A DNA stretch of 64,000 bases, taken from positions 103,974,001 through 104,038,000 of the forward strand of contig NC_043004.1 of NCBI RefSeq assembly GCF_006345805.1. The letters are read 5' to 3'. The notes beneath the pieces are model-generated. The model had not been told where the DNA came from. It did not search any database and saw only the letters and a list, made by a program, of their open reading frames with translations. The translations under genes and the position numbers were made by a program. Position 1 is the stretch's first letter. Every line of letters starts with the position of its first letter. The stretch is from Octopus sinensis (taxonomy: Eukaryota). This document shows positions 22,576 through 32,892 of this stretch, one piece after another.

Positions 22576-22579
<4 letters not shown>
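22179..22579 (+). mobile_element. Non-autonomous Helentron/Helitron-type element (DINE-1/HINE-like), copy 1
   Basis: 5' ACTAGCAGTATCGCCCGGCGTTGCTCGGG with a subterminal hairpin, and 3' ACAGACACACAACTTCACTTTTATATATAAAGAT. A closely similar second copy lies at 54657-55051. Confidence 0.75.
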
Positions 22580-22617
<38 letters not shown>

Positions 22618-22620
<3 letters not shown>

Positions 22621-22698
22621 TACGAGGACATAACACACCAATACTAATTGTTTAGCGATGATGAGAGACAAGTACAGGCACAAAGACACACACATACA

Positions 22699-22753
<55 letters not shown>

Positions 22754-22974
22754 GACACACGCATTTACATACATACATACGCACACATTTTACACCATGC
22801 ACACATATATTGCGTCTAGCATCCTTACTATATATATATATATATATTATATATATAATATATATATATATTATATATATATGTATGTATTATAGTAAGG
22901 ATGCTAGACGCATATATGTGTGCATGTGTGTAAAATGTGTGCGTATGTATGTATGTAAATGCGTGTGTCTTTTG

Positions 22975-23015
<41 letters not shown>

Positions 23016-23086
23016 TGTCTTTGTGCCTGTACTTGTCTCTCATCATCGCTAAACAATTAGTATTGGTGTGTTATGTCCTCGTAAAC
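22618..23086. repeat. Foldback inverted duplication (~215-bp arms) centred on (TA)n
   Basis: 22618-22830 is the reverse complement of about 22883-23086. The unique sequence is identical apart from 1-nt indels in repeat-like positions. Confidence 0.92.
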
Positions 23087-23235
23087 TAGCGGCTCAGCAA
23101 AAGTGACCGATAGAATAAGCACCAGACTTTAAAAAGTACTGGGAGTCGATTCATTCGACTAAAAACTCTTCAAGGCGGTGCCACAGCACGGCCACAGTCT
23201 AATGACTGAAAGAAGTCAAAGATAAAAGATAAAAT
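23030..23235 (+). mobile_element. SINE family B, 3' half
   Basis: GTAAACTAGCGGCTCAGCAAAAGTGACCGATAGAATAAGCACC..GGCGGTGCCACAGCACGGCCACAGTCTAATGACTG. Confidence 0.8.
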
Positions 23236-23753
23236 ATAAATATAATGTCCAGTACTACATTATCTGGGTGACATTTGAGTTAGATTTGGCTGTTATTTCT
23301 AGCAACGCAAAAGATTCCCTCGACCTCCTACTGATAATTTATTTGATATTGTGCCATTTTATTTCATCACTGATTCCACTTTCTCTGTCTTTGATATCCG
23401 AGGCCTTTGTACCTAATCAAAAAGAAACTTTTGATATTTCACTTCTTAAAGTTATCTCTACAAGTATTCTATAAAAATTAGAGCCAACACTGAAAGTTAC
23501 GTAGTTTTGCGTACGAATACGTCTATGTAAACAATACGATCGAAGATGGAAAACTGGGTGATAGGTGTATATACATATTTCAGGAGTAGTTGCTTCTTCC
23601 TCAGCACCACATCCAACACATTAACCATTGGCGAACACATTGCTCATCGCTTGAATAGCCACTCTTAATATTTGGTATATATGAGTGTGCTGTGTGTTTG
23701 TTTGTGTGTGTGTGTATTTGTGTGTATGTGTATGTGTGCGTGAGTGTGTGTCT

Positions 23754-23795
<42 letters not shown>

Positions 23796-23924
23796 GGACG
23801 GACGGACAGACAGACAGATAAAGACGTCAGAAGAATTTAGAAACTTCGAGAACGTGAAAGAGTTCTTTTTAAGAAGAGTGAATCTCAAAGCAAATAAAGC
23901 TATTTATAATCCTTTCTACTAAAG

Positions 23925-24045
23925 GCACAGGACCTAAAGTTTTTGCAGAAGGGGACTAGTCGATTACATTGACCCCAGTGTTTCACTGGTACTTAATTTA
24001 TCGACCCCGAAAGGATGAAAGGCAAAGTTGACTTCGGCGGAGCAT
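23925..24045 (-). mobile_element. SINE family A, 3' half
   Basis: AGTCGATTACATTGACCCCAGTGTTTCACTGGTACTTAATTTATCGACCCCGAAAGGATGAAAGGCAAAGTTGACTTCGGCGGA. Confidence 0.9.
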
Positions 24046-24289
24046 GTAAATATTTAGTTAAGACACACACACACACCTCATAAGTTAAAATGAAACTCGT
24101 ATGTGTCTGTGTGCGCGTGCGTGTGTGTGTGTGCTTGTGCATATGTGTGTATCAGTGTGTGTGTACGCGTCTGCATGTGTGTCTGCATGTGTGTATGCGT
24201 GTGTGTGTGCGTGCGCGCGCGTGCGTTTGTGTTACGACGAACTTCAATTTTACTCACAAGTTGTTTGTCAACCGTGGACCATATCTACA

Positions 24290-24645
24290 ACAGGAGACGC
24301 AATGGCCCAGTGGTTTCGATTCCCAGACCGGGCGTTGTGAGTGTTTATTGAGCGAAAACACCTAAAGCTCCACGAGGCTCCGGCAGGGGATGGTGATGAT
24401 CCCTGCTGTACTCTTTCACCACAACTTTCTCTCACTCTGACTTCCTGTTTCTGTTGTACCTGTATTTCAAAGGGCAGGCCTTGTCACATTCTGTGTGTCA
24501 CGCTGAATATCCCCGAGAACTACGTTAAGGGTACACGTGTCTGTGGAGTGCTCAGCCACTTACACGTTAATTTCACGAGCAGGCTGTTCCGTTGATCGGA
24601 TCAACCGGAACCCTCGTCGTCGTAACCGACGGAGTGCTTCAAAAA
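24290..24645 (+). mobile_element. SINE family C head with an alternative long body and tail
   Basis: Same head as 3222, internally deleted. Body GTCTGTGGAGTGCTCAGCCACTTACACGTTAATTTCACGAGCAGGCTGTTCCGTTGATCGG, with a reverse copy at 41280-41540. Confidence 0.85.
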
Positions 24646-25065
24646 AATATCTACAACAGCAAAAACCTGCACAAGAACCCACGCGGTGGTATTAAATAAT
24701 CCGGATCCTCGGAACCACGTGGAATGTGAAGCAAACATCTCTAACCACAGAACAGTGCCTACGCCCGATCGTACGAAATATTGTATGAAATATTTGACAC
24801 AATATTAACCAATATCTATTCGCTACATATTTGGTCAGAATATAAAATCTTTTATTTATTATTTTTCCTTAAAAAAAAAAAAAAGAATTTACTAAATATA
24901 GCCACAGATATGTAAAAATAGATAATTCGGTTACTGTGTACCGAAATATGTGAACGCATTTCTTTTATATTTAGATTTTTCGCGTAGGTCATTTTGTTTT
25001 ATATAATTCGTAGCTTGTGACTGATGCGACCATATGCATTTTATGCAGTTTCATTTAGTCTAGAG

Positions 25066-25393
25066 CAGTGTTCCGCAACCAGTATGCCGCGACACACTGG
25101 TGTGTCACGAGACGATGTTAGGTGTGCCGCAGTGTAACCTGGATATAATTTTTTTCCCTATACTTTTGGTTATAATTTTAGTTCACGTGTACCGCTGAAT
25201 TTTAAAGAGGAACCCTTTTTTGTCAAAAATTAGGTTAAAAAATATGGACAATATCATAAGTTAAAAAATATGGATAATATTATAAGCCCTTACAAAACCT
25301 TTTTTCCACAATTTAAGCCCCAAAATTAGGGTTCCTTCTACACGTTAAAATACGGTAAGTGTACCGCAAGTAAAACAAGGTTGCGAAGAACTG
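25066..25393. mobile_element. hAT (Charlie-type) MITE with 8-bp TSD, carrying a nested pogo-like MITE
   Basis: TIRs CAGTGTTCCGCAACC / GGTTGCGAAGAACTG. TSD GTCTAGAG (25058-25065) versus GTCGAGAG (25394-25401). Internal TA-flanked insert 25192-25355 ends in AAAATACGG|TA. Confidence 0.8.
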
Positions 25394-25469
25394 GTCGAGA
25401 GCAGAGCTGTGAAATTCTTTTTCCCAATCCCTGTTTCCGCTTTGGCATTCCTATTTACTTACCACTCAT

Positions 25470-26120
25470 ATTCTTTTATTCTTTTACTTGTTTCGGTCAT
25501 CTGATTGAGGCCATACTAGAGCACCGCTTTGTGGGGTTTTAGGACATTTTTTTAAAGCCTAGTACTTATTCTATCGTTCTCTTTTGCCGAACCACTAATT
25601 TACGGGGTCGTAAACACACCAACACCAGTTATCAAGCAGTAATAGGAGGATAAACACAGACACAAAGATACACATACATACATATATTTTTTAATTCTTT
25701 TACTCGTTTCAGTCATTTGACTGCGGCCATGCTGGAGCACCACTTTGAAGGGTTTTAATCGAACAAATCGACCCCCAGGACTTATCTTTTTAAAGCCTAG
25801 TACTTATTCTATCGGTTTCTTTTTTTTTTTTTTTTGCTGAATCACTAAGTTACGGGGATGAAAACACACCAACACCGGTTGTCAAATAGTGAATCGGTGA
25901 TGGGGAGACAAATACAAACAAAAAGACACACACATAAATATACACACACAGACATATACGTCGAGCTTCTTTCAGTTTCCGTCTACCAAATCCACTCACA
26001 AGGCTTTGGCCGGCCCAAGGCTATAGGAGAAGGCACTTGCCCAAGGTGCCACGCAGTGGGACTGAACCCGGAACCACGTGGTTGGTAAGCAAACTACTTA
26101 CCACACAGCCACTCCAACGC
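25470..26120 (-). mobile_element. Two tandem SINE family B copies (3' fragment plus full length)
   Basis: 25470-25680 and 25695-26120 match 52720-53135 (GACTGCGGCCATGCTGGAGCACC..CCCAAGGTGCCACGCAGTGGGACTGAACCCGGAACC). Confidence 0.9.
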
Positions 26121-26124
26121 CTAA

Positions 26125-26215
26125 GCAGGCGGCGGCGACCGCGAGGCTCCGGGCGACGTTCGCGGTCGTTGGCGCTACAGCGCGGCCGACGCCGGAGACA
26201 TCGACCTGCCGGCTC
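26125..26215. other. 91-bp GC/CpG-rich structured island of unknown origin
   Basis: 70/91 G+C (77%) and 19 CpG. 10-bp hairpin GCGACCGCGA (26135-26144) / TCGCGGTCGT (26160-26169), with terminal GCAGG..CCTGC pairing. Confidence 0.85.
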
Positions 26216-26664
26216 ATATATATATACTGTTGTATCTAAGAAGGATCATTACGCCAAAAATAGTAAACACATGCACTGGTTCAATGTCATTCCTTTATTG
26301 TTAGTTCATTGGCGTAATGACACTCCAGAGATACAACATGATATGTATCAACACATGAGTTCACATCATTGCATATTATATTACGACATATTTCTAAATT
26401 CACTCAGAATGAATTGGGGAGCCTGTGGTTATAGTAGAAGACATTTGCACAAAGTGGCTTACTGTGGGACTGAACCCAGAACCACGTGACTGCAAAGCGA
26501 GCTTCTTATCCACGTAGTCTCGCCTGTCCATTCTCGTTAAATATTTTAGAAATCAGTTCTAAGAAGAATATACCTTATATACTACTTATGAGTCACGAAT
26601 GTTTACATATATAGGAAGTATATATGCATACTTAGAAGTGACAGAACAGAATAAAATATTACAG

Positions 26665-26815
26665 CGATTCATTCTTTTGTTGAAGGACGCAGGCACGAAA
26701 CGTAAAAGACTTTTTCATTTTTTTCCCGAGCCTCAAACTAATACACGTGTTTGTTGTTCATACACCGGTCTTCGTCCTTTGTTTTTCTATAAATTTCAAC
26801 TATATATACATATTA
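26665..26815 (+). mobile_element. Short repeat with decayed hammerhead core, copy 2 (homologue of 8270-8425)
   Basis: TTGAAGG-ACGCAGGCAC-GAAACGTAAAAGACTTT..TAATACACGTGTTTGTTG..GTCTTCGTCCTTTGTTTTTCTATAAATTTCAAC. Confidence 0.6.
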
Positions 26816-26821
26816 AATAAA

Positions 26822-27700
26822 TATGTATTATTACTGTTATTAATGGTATTAACAAGATAATAATAAGGTGGCCAACAAGTTCACACCGTTACAGACACAA
26901 TATAAGGCAAATTTAGATTCAGTAGGGTATGTAGTACCACTTGCCAAGGCTCCAAAACCTCCATAAACTCACAATAAAGATACACACAAGCAATGCAATA
27001 GGCTTACCTTTGCGTTGAATACATCAGTAAGTAATGTGTATTTCAATACTAATTGATTTCACCCTCTGTGTGACCAAGATACTCTGGGATCATCAATTGA
27101 AAATAACATTTTAACATGTATTTCTAAAAAAATCCACTACATTAGCTCGTGTGCGTTCCTTACTTTAAATGTCCCGCTCTGTTTAAAAGGAAGAATAAAT
27201 TTTAATTTGTGAGTTTATAGTGGTTTTGGAGCCTTGGCTCTGATTTTAGCAAGTGGTTTTATATACCCTACTGAATTTAAATTTGCCTTATATTGTACCT
27301 GTAACCGTGTGAACTTGCTGACCACCTTATTATTACCTTGTTAATATCATTAATAACGGTAATAATACATCTTTATTTAAAACTTATTCTTGCTCACGAT
27401 AGTTTTCTTTTAAACGGTGTGGGACGTTTAAAGTAAGGACTACACACGAGCTAATGTAGTGGATATTTTAGAAACACATGTTAAAATGTTATTTTCAATT
27501 GAAGATCCTAGAGTATGTTGGTCATACAGCGGGTGAAATCAATTGGTATTGATACATTACTTACTGATGTATTCAACGCAAAGGTAAGCCTATTTCTAAT
27601 ATGTTCATTGCATTGCTCGTGTGTATCTTTATTGTGAGTTTATGGAAGTTTTGGAGCTTTGGCTCTGATTTTAACATGTGGTATTATATACCCTACTGAA
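26822..27700. repeat. ~430-bp unit repeat with the first unit inverted (A-B-A'-B'-partial A')
   Basis: 26822-26975 is the reverse complement of about 27205-27370. 26975-27190 is the reverse complement of about 27405-27632. 27632-27700 repeats 27205-27270 directly. Confidence 0.88.
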
Positions 27701-27994
27701 TATATAAAGGGGGTGAGATGGTTATTTCCAAAGTTCCATTTTGTGGCTAACAGCCCCCCCCCTATCTACAGGCCCATTTGACCTGGATAGGAAAAATTGC
27801 TGCTACTGTAGCAGTCACAGACAAGATTGAGAGAGAAGAGAGTGCGCATATTCAAATGAGTTGCTGAAAAAGTAAAATTTCGGAAAATAAAATGTTTTAA
27901 AAATATAATTTTTTTTAATGTTCCTTGGTAATTTTTCATGCAATTTGAATTTTGTACCTTCGGCAGTCCCTGAGACACCAGAGTGGACATTCGA

Positions 27995-28215
27995 GCAATC
28001 AATTAATCAATCTAACAAACAAATAGGATCGAATTGTGGCACCCAGAACGAGCGGAATGACGGTAGGGGGAGCACAATTAGATTTAATTATCTGGTCAAT
28101 GAGAGTCCTGCCTTCTAAAGAAGTAATTAGCAGCAGGTAGAGCACGGAATTAATGATAGCTAATTAACACAACTAATCGATTATAATTACTCACCCTTAA
28201 AGATAAGGGGTCAAT
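27995..28215. promoter_or_regulatory. Candidate enhancer: dense homeodomain (TAAT/ATTA) site cluster
   Basis: Non-repetitive block with CAATTAAT, CAATTAG, TTAATTA, GTAATTAG, AATTAATG, CTAATTAA and the palindromic TAATCGATTA. Confidence 0.3.
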
Positions 28216-28419
28216 TTTGAATTTGATAGAATCAATACATTCCAGACTAGAACCCAGATGTGTTGTTAATGATTTGTTAATTTGTTGTTGTTTTTTTTTT
28301 GAGTTTTTTTCTTTGATTTTTGGTTCGTTTTTTCATTGAGTCAAACTTCTGTGCTTCATTGATTCTAACCTAATGAGTGTTATTTTGAGTATATTAGTAA
28401 TAGACGAAGGGACGAGTTG

Positions 28420-28830
28420 GTAGAATCGCTAATGTGTGACCTGCGGCTCTTCCGGTTCTTTACGCTCCGAGTTCCAATTCCACCGAGGTTGACTTTGCCT
28501 TTCTTCTCTTTTGGGGTCGATAAAATATGCTCCAGTTGAACACTGGGATCCATGCAATCGACTCCTTCCCCACCAAAAATCTGCTGGCCTTGTGTCAAAA
28601 TTAAAAAGGATTATATTAACAGTGTGCGGGTGGCGAGCTGGCAGAACCATTAGCGCGTCGCACAAAATGCTTCAGGCTCTTTACGTTCTGAATTCAAATT
28701 CCGTCAAGGTTGACTTTGCTTTTCATCCCTTCATAGCCGAACGAATAAGTACCAGTTGTACACTGGAGGTTGATGTAATCGACTCACCCTCGCCACAAAA
28801 TTGGTGGCCCTGTGCTAAAATTTAAAATCA
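28420..28830. mobile_element. Two adjacent SINE family A copies
   Basis: 28420-28610 and 28625-28830 each carry a head (GGTAGAATCGCTAATG.. / GGCAGAACCATTAGCGCG..) and the core GAGGTTGACTTTGCCTTTC..GATAAAATA / AAGGTTGACTTTGCTTTTCATCC. Confidence 0.8.
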
Positions 28831-29444
28831 TTATATTAGTAGTATACTGTTGGTGTTAGCAGTGAGAGAAAGGGAAGGGTTGTATAATATATGTTTCTGT
28901 TGCTGTTGTTGTTTTGTCCCAAGATCAATCCTGATTGAGCGTATCTATGACCATGGGTATCTTGTCTTTTACTTTCTCTTCCAGCTTCAGGGTTTTTAAT
29001 ACTTCGTTATCCAATGTGAAGTCTCTTATAATCAGAAGGATGTGTTATAATACTATTCCACACACACACAAATAGCGATACCAACAATCATCATCAGCTT
29101 CCCCACGGATATCATTATGGTTTCGACATCTGAGCAGTACCATTCAATCCTGTGGTGTCAACAGCACTGAAATAAGTGCTGTCTGGTAACAAACAAACCA
29201 AAGAAACCACAACTTTCAAACACATTTACCCTATGTACAACCGTATCGGTAAATAAATTCTACAAGTAAATTACAACCAACTCCTAAATGCGTAACTAAA
29301 CAGCGCGACCAATCCATTAAGTCATACAAAATTTATAATCCCTACCGATTTTTTTCGAGATGATGGCGGTAGAAATTAAAATAGAAATTTGGCTGCTATT
29401 TCAGACAAGATGACTCACTATGAGATTCCCAGTGTCGGACAAAA

Positions 29445-29600
29445 TATTTTTGTGGTGTTTGTCCCGGTTCTTTACGTTTTAAATTCAAACCCCTCCAAGG
29501 TCAGTTTTTGCCTGTTATACTTATAAGGTCGATAAAATAAAGTACCAGTCAAGTACTGAGGTCGGCGAGCTTCTCCTCCAAGATTTATTAATCAGTAAAT
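29445..29600 (+). mobile_element. SINE family A, diverged
   Basis: AAATTCAAACCCCTCCAAGGTCAGTTTTTGCC..GGTCGATAAAATAAAGTACCAGTC. Confidence 0.7.
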
Positions 29601-29999
29601 GTTACAGATTCATTCAGGAACCAAAACATTCAGGCATTGGCACTTAACAAATTACACACACACACACATACACACACAATCATCAGCTAAATATTATTCA
29701 CAAACACCAGTCAACACCCTAGGTTATGGTAGAAGATTCTTCACTGAAGTTGTGCGTAAGAGAATCAACCCTGAAATGTTTTGGCTCAGTTTTAAAAAAT
29801 AAATATAATAGACTACGTTTGTTCAATTATCCTTCATCTGGAAAAAAAACTGCTCTTTTGCCAATGTAAGAGAACAATAATATAATATTGCTGCGTATGT
29901 AAGAGAGTATGTGAGAGAGAGAGGGAGAGAGGGTGGAGAAGAGAGGGAAAATGAAAAATTCTCATACTCTAATGGTATCTAGCAAATGCCAGACTAACA

Positions 30000-30071
30000 G
30001 GGGACGTAGCTCAGTGGTAGAGCGTTCGCTTCGCATGTGAAAGGCCCCGGGTTCAATCCCCGGCGTCTCCA
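30000..30071 (+). tRNA. tRNA-Ala(CGC): tRNA-Ala, anticodon CGC (30032-30034)
   Basis: Full cloverleaf: acceptor GGGGACG/CGTCTCC with G3:U70, D arm GCTC/GAGC, anticodon arm TTCGC/GTGAA with loop TTCGCAT, T arm CCGGG/CCCGG with loop TTCAATC, discriminator A. An oligo-T Pol III terminator follows about 7 nt downstream. Confidence 0.97.
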
Positions 30072-31256
30072 AAATTTATTTTTTTTAACTTCTTTATCAA
30101 ATCCTATAAAATATCGCCTTGATACCAACTCCGAGGGGCAGAGGTAATTGCAGTAGCGGGCGGAGCGCGACACAGCACACCTTTGAGACAGTGGCTATAG
30201 TTTACCTGTAAATGACTTTATGCTAAAAAGTCGAGTGGCCCATTTCTTGAAGCAATTAGAATGTCTAGGGTTGGGTAATGGCTGTAGTTCGGAACTGGGT
30301 GGTGCGAGTCGAAATATCAGATAGGATACTGCGGGTGTGTACACAGGGAAAATCCTATGAGTATTTAGTGCCTAAGGGGCAGGTCCAAATTACGAAATTA
30401 CGGATTCTCCCATTTCATACTTGGCCTCGACAGACACATCCCTACTGTATTCTTGGGATATTCTTTTGTTTTGTAAAATTACTTCTCATCTGATGATTAC
30501 GCCCCTTTTATAATAATGCAATGTTCTCATTCGTCTATTAAAAAGTTACGTACGAAACAGCTGTAATGAGCTGACAGGTATCCATCGTATGTTATTATTC
30601 ATTTGATTATGTGTGTGTGTGTGTGTGTGTATCAAATATAAGGATAAATTTTTTAAAAAACTTTATCAGTGGCCAGCATGTAAAAAAAATGCTTTTAAAT
30701 GTGAAATTATAAATACAATTATAAATAAGGGCAAAAGAAAAAAGTTTCTTTGCCAATATACTGAAATAGACGCTAAAACGTCTAACCACATTAAATATTT
30801 TCATTATTGTTATTATTATTACATACATACATACATACATACATTCATACATACATACATATACACTTGGAAATGGATGCACCTCGTTCAATTAAATAAT
30901 AAATGATTTTATGGAGATGTACTTGCATAGTAAGTGACCTGATCTGAGATCGTGTGCGGAAACGAACATTTCAGTGCGGAAAGTGTTTATAAGCCACTTA
31001 AAATACACAAACCGTTAGATTCCTTCAACATTTAAATTATTGCCAAAATATGTTTGTCGCTTTGAGACTGCGACCTTCCACGACAAAAATTCCTGGCTGC
31101 AATAAATAATATATAATATAATATATATAATATAATATACTATAATTAATATATATATATATATATTATATATAGATATAGATATATATATATTATTTAT
31201 ATATATTTATATATATATAATATCTATATATATATATATATATATATCTAATATAT

Positions 31257-31320
<64 letters not shown>

Positions 31321-31323
31321 TAA

Positions 31324-31369
<46 letters not shown>

Positions 31370-31399
31370 TTATATATATATATATATACACATGCATGC

Positions 31400-31640
31400 A
31401 TGGGTACAGGACGTCACCATGGCGCAAATAACATGAAATACGTAAACAAACGAGGGAAAAACGAGGGAAATTCGTAAACAACGAGAAAAAATAGAAAACA
31501 GGACAAGAAAACACAGAGAAAAGCCCCTTCATCAGTGGTCGGCTGTCTATCTACTCCTCATTTCGAGCATTCAACGACAATATGAGTCTTCAAAGACAGT
31601 TGCTCCCATAAATTCTAAAATAAAAGTTAGGATTTATGGA
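31400..31640 (-). mobile_element. Penelope-type terminal repeat fragment with hammerhead remnant
   Basis: Minus strand reads TTTGAAGA-CTCATATTGTCGTTGAATGCTC-GAAA (31594-31561). A second CTGATGAAGGGG lies about 30 nt further on. Confidence 0.4.
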
Positions 31641-32197
31641 GGGCCAACAACATGACAGTGGAGACATACAAGGAAACCGAACGAAACAAACATGGAGGGT
31701 CGTTAGACCAGAACGAGAGGAAAATAGTGAACGATGGAGAAGCATTTTTTCTTTAAAGCGGAAAGATATGAGGAAGAGAGAAAAATACGTCCGTCCGTTT
31801 AAACGTCCGTGCAAGAAAAGGAAGATGGTCACGTGAGGAAAAGAAAGATGGACGATGGTCTTCTATAAATACTATCTGTAATTCTGTATTGACTCGAATG
31901 GAAAAATTTGGCGCTGAAGAAGAACTTGAGTTTGAACAATTTTCATGTTTCATATTTAGATGCCTTCATTAAATTCATTCAGTTAAACATAATAAGTATT
32001 AGAATCAAATGGGTTTGATTTACTGTCAGGTGACTTTTGGCCAAATTTAATATTCTTTCTCTCTCTTTCCCTCCCTCTCCCTCACTCACTCTCTCTCTGC
32101 TTTTGGCCAACCCTGTAGAGAGAGAGAGAGGAGAGAGAATATTAAATTCTCATAATGCTATTAGCACTATTAGTAGTTAAACGGAGTTAGGCCAAGA

Positions 32198-32263
32198 AGG
32201 GACGTAGCTCAGTGGCAGAGCGTTCGCTTCGCTTGTGACAGCCCTCCCCCACCGGCGTCTCTA
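32198..32263 (+). pseudogene. tRNA-Ala(CGC) paralogue lacking the T arm and B box
   Basis: AGGGACGTAGCTCAGTGGCAGAGCGTTCGCTTCGCTTGTGAC matches the 30000 gene. The 22-nt variable loop plus T arm is replaced by 16 nt (AGCCCTCCCCCACCGG). The acceptor 3' strand is CGTCTCT-A. Confidence 0.88.
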
Positions 32264-32577
32264 AACATTGTTTTCTCCTTTTGTTCGACTCTTTTTTTTT
32301 TTTGTTATATCCTGTATAATATCGTGCTGATATATACCTGCAGAATAATAACATATCCATGACCTTATTTCCATGTATAAAGCTGGTCTTATACTACTCA
32401 AGCCTCACAGTAGTTGGGCTTGAAGGAGTAACAGATCTGTTAACCATGTTCTATAGACTGCATATTTGAATACAAATGATGTGGTATCATAGATAGATAG
32501 ATACATGCGTGCATACACGTGCAAAACGAGGTGGAGAAAGTAGCACTCGAAATTCAAAAGAAGAGTAAAATAGCGTT

Positions 32578-32695
32578 TTATTGAAGCTGAAAGGACTTCA
32601 CAAACTGATTCTTAAATTTTCACATAACAATTGTGAGTATCATCAGGCTGCGTAACAGCTTCTGAAGTTATGGAGTCTTTTCAGCTTCAATGAAC
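32578..32695. repeat. Imperfect inverted repeat (~30-bp arms)
   Basis: TTATTGAAGCTGAAAGGACTTCACAAAC versus GAAGTTATGGAGTCTTTTCAGCTTCAATGAA. The loop carries a minus-strand CTGATGA..GAAA (32646-32618) with no proper stem II. Confidence 0.75.
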
Positions 32696-32892
32696 AAAAA
32701 AAAAACTACACTCATACACACACACACACGAACACACACACATACATATATAAAGAGAGGAAGATAGATACACACACATATATACATGTACACATATACA
32801 GAACATCGTTTTATGTTTATTCTAACTAGTAATCGTTTATATTTGTTATTAATTGAGATTTTTATGTTTCAGATTCTAAATGTGTTTGTTTA

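Noticed and set aside
30280-30330. Faint resemblance to bacterial 16S rRNA (GTAGTTCGGA..)
   Set aside because: The match is limited to about 10 nt and the flanks do not align.
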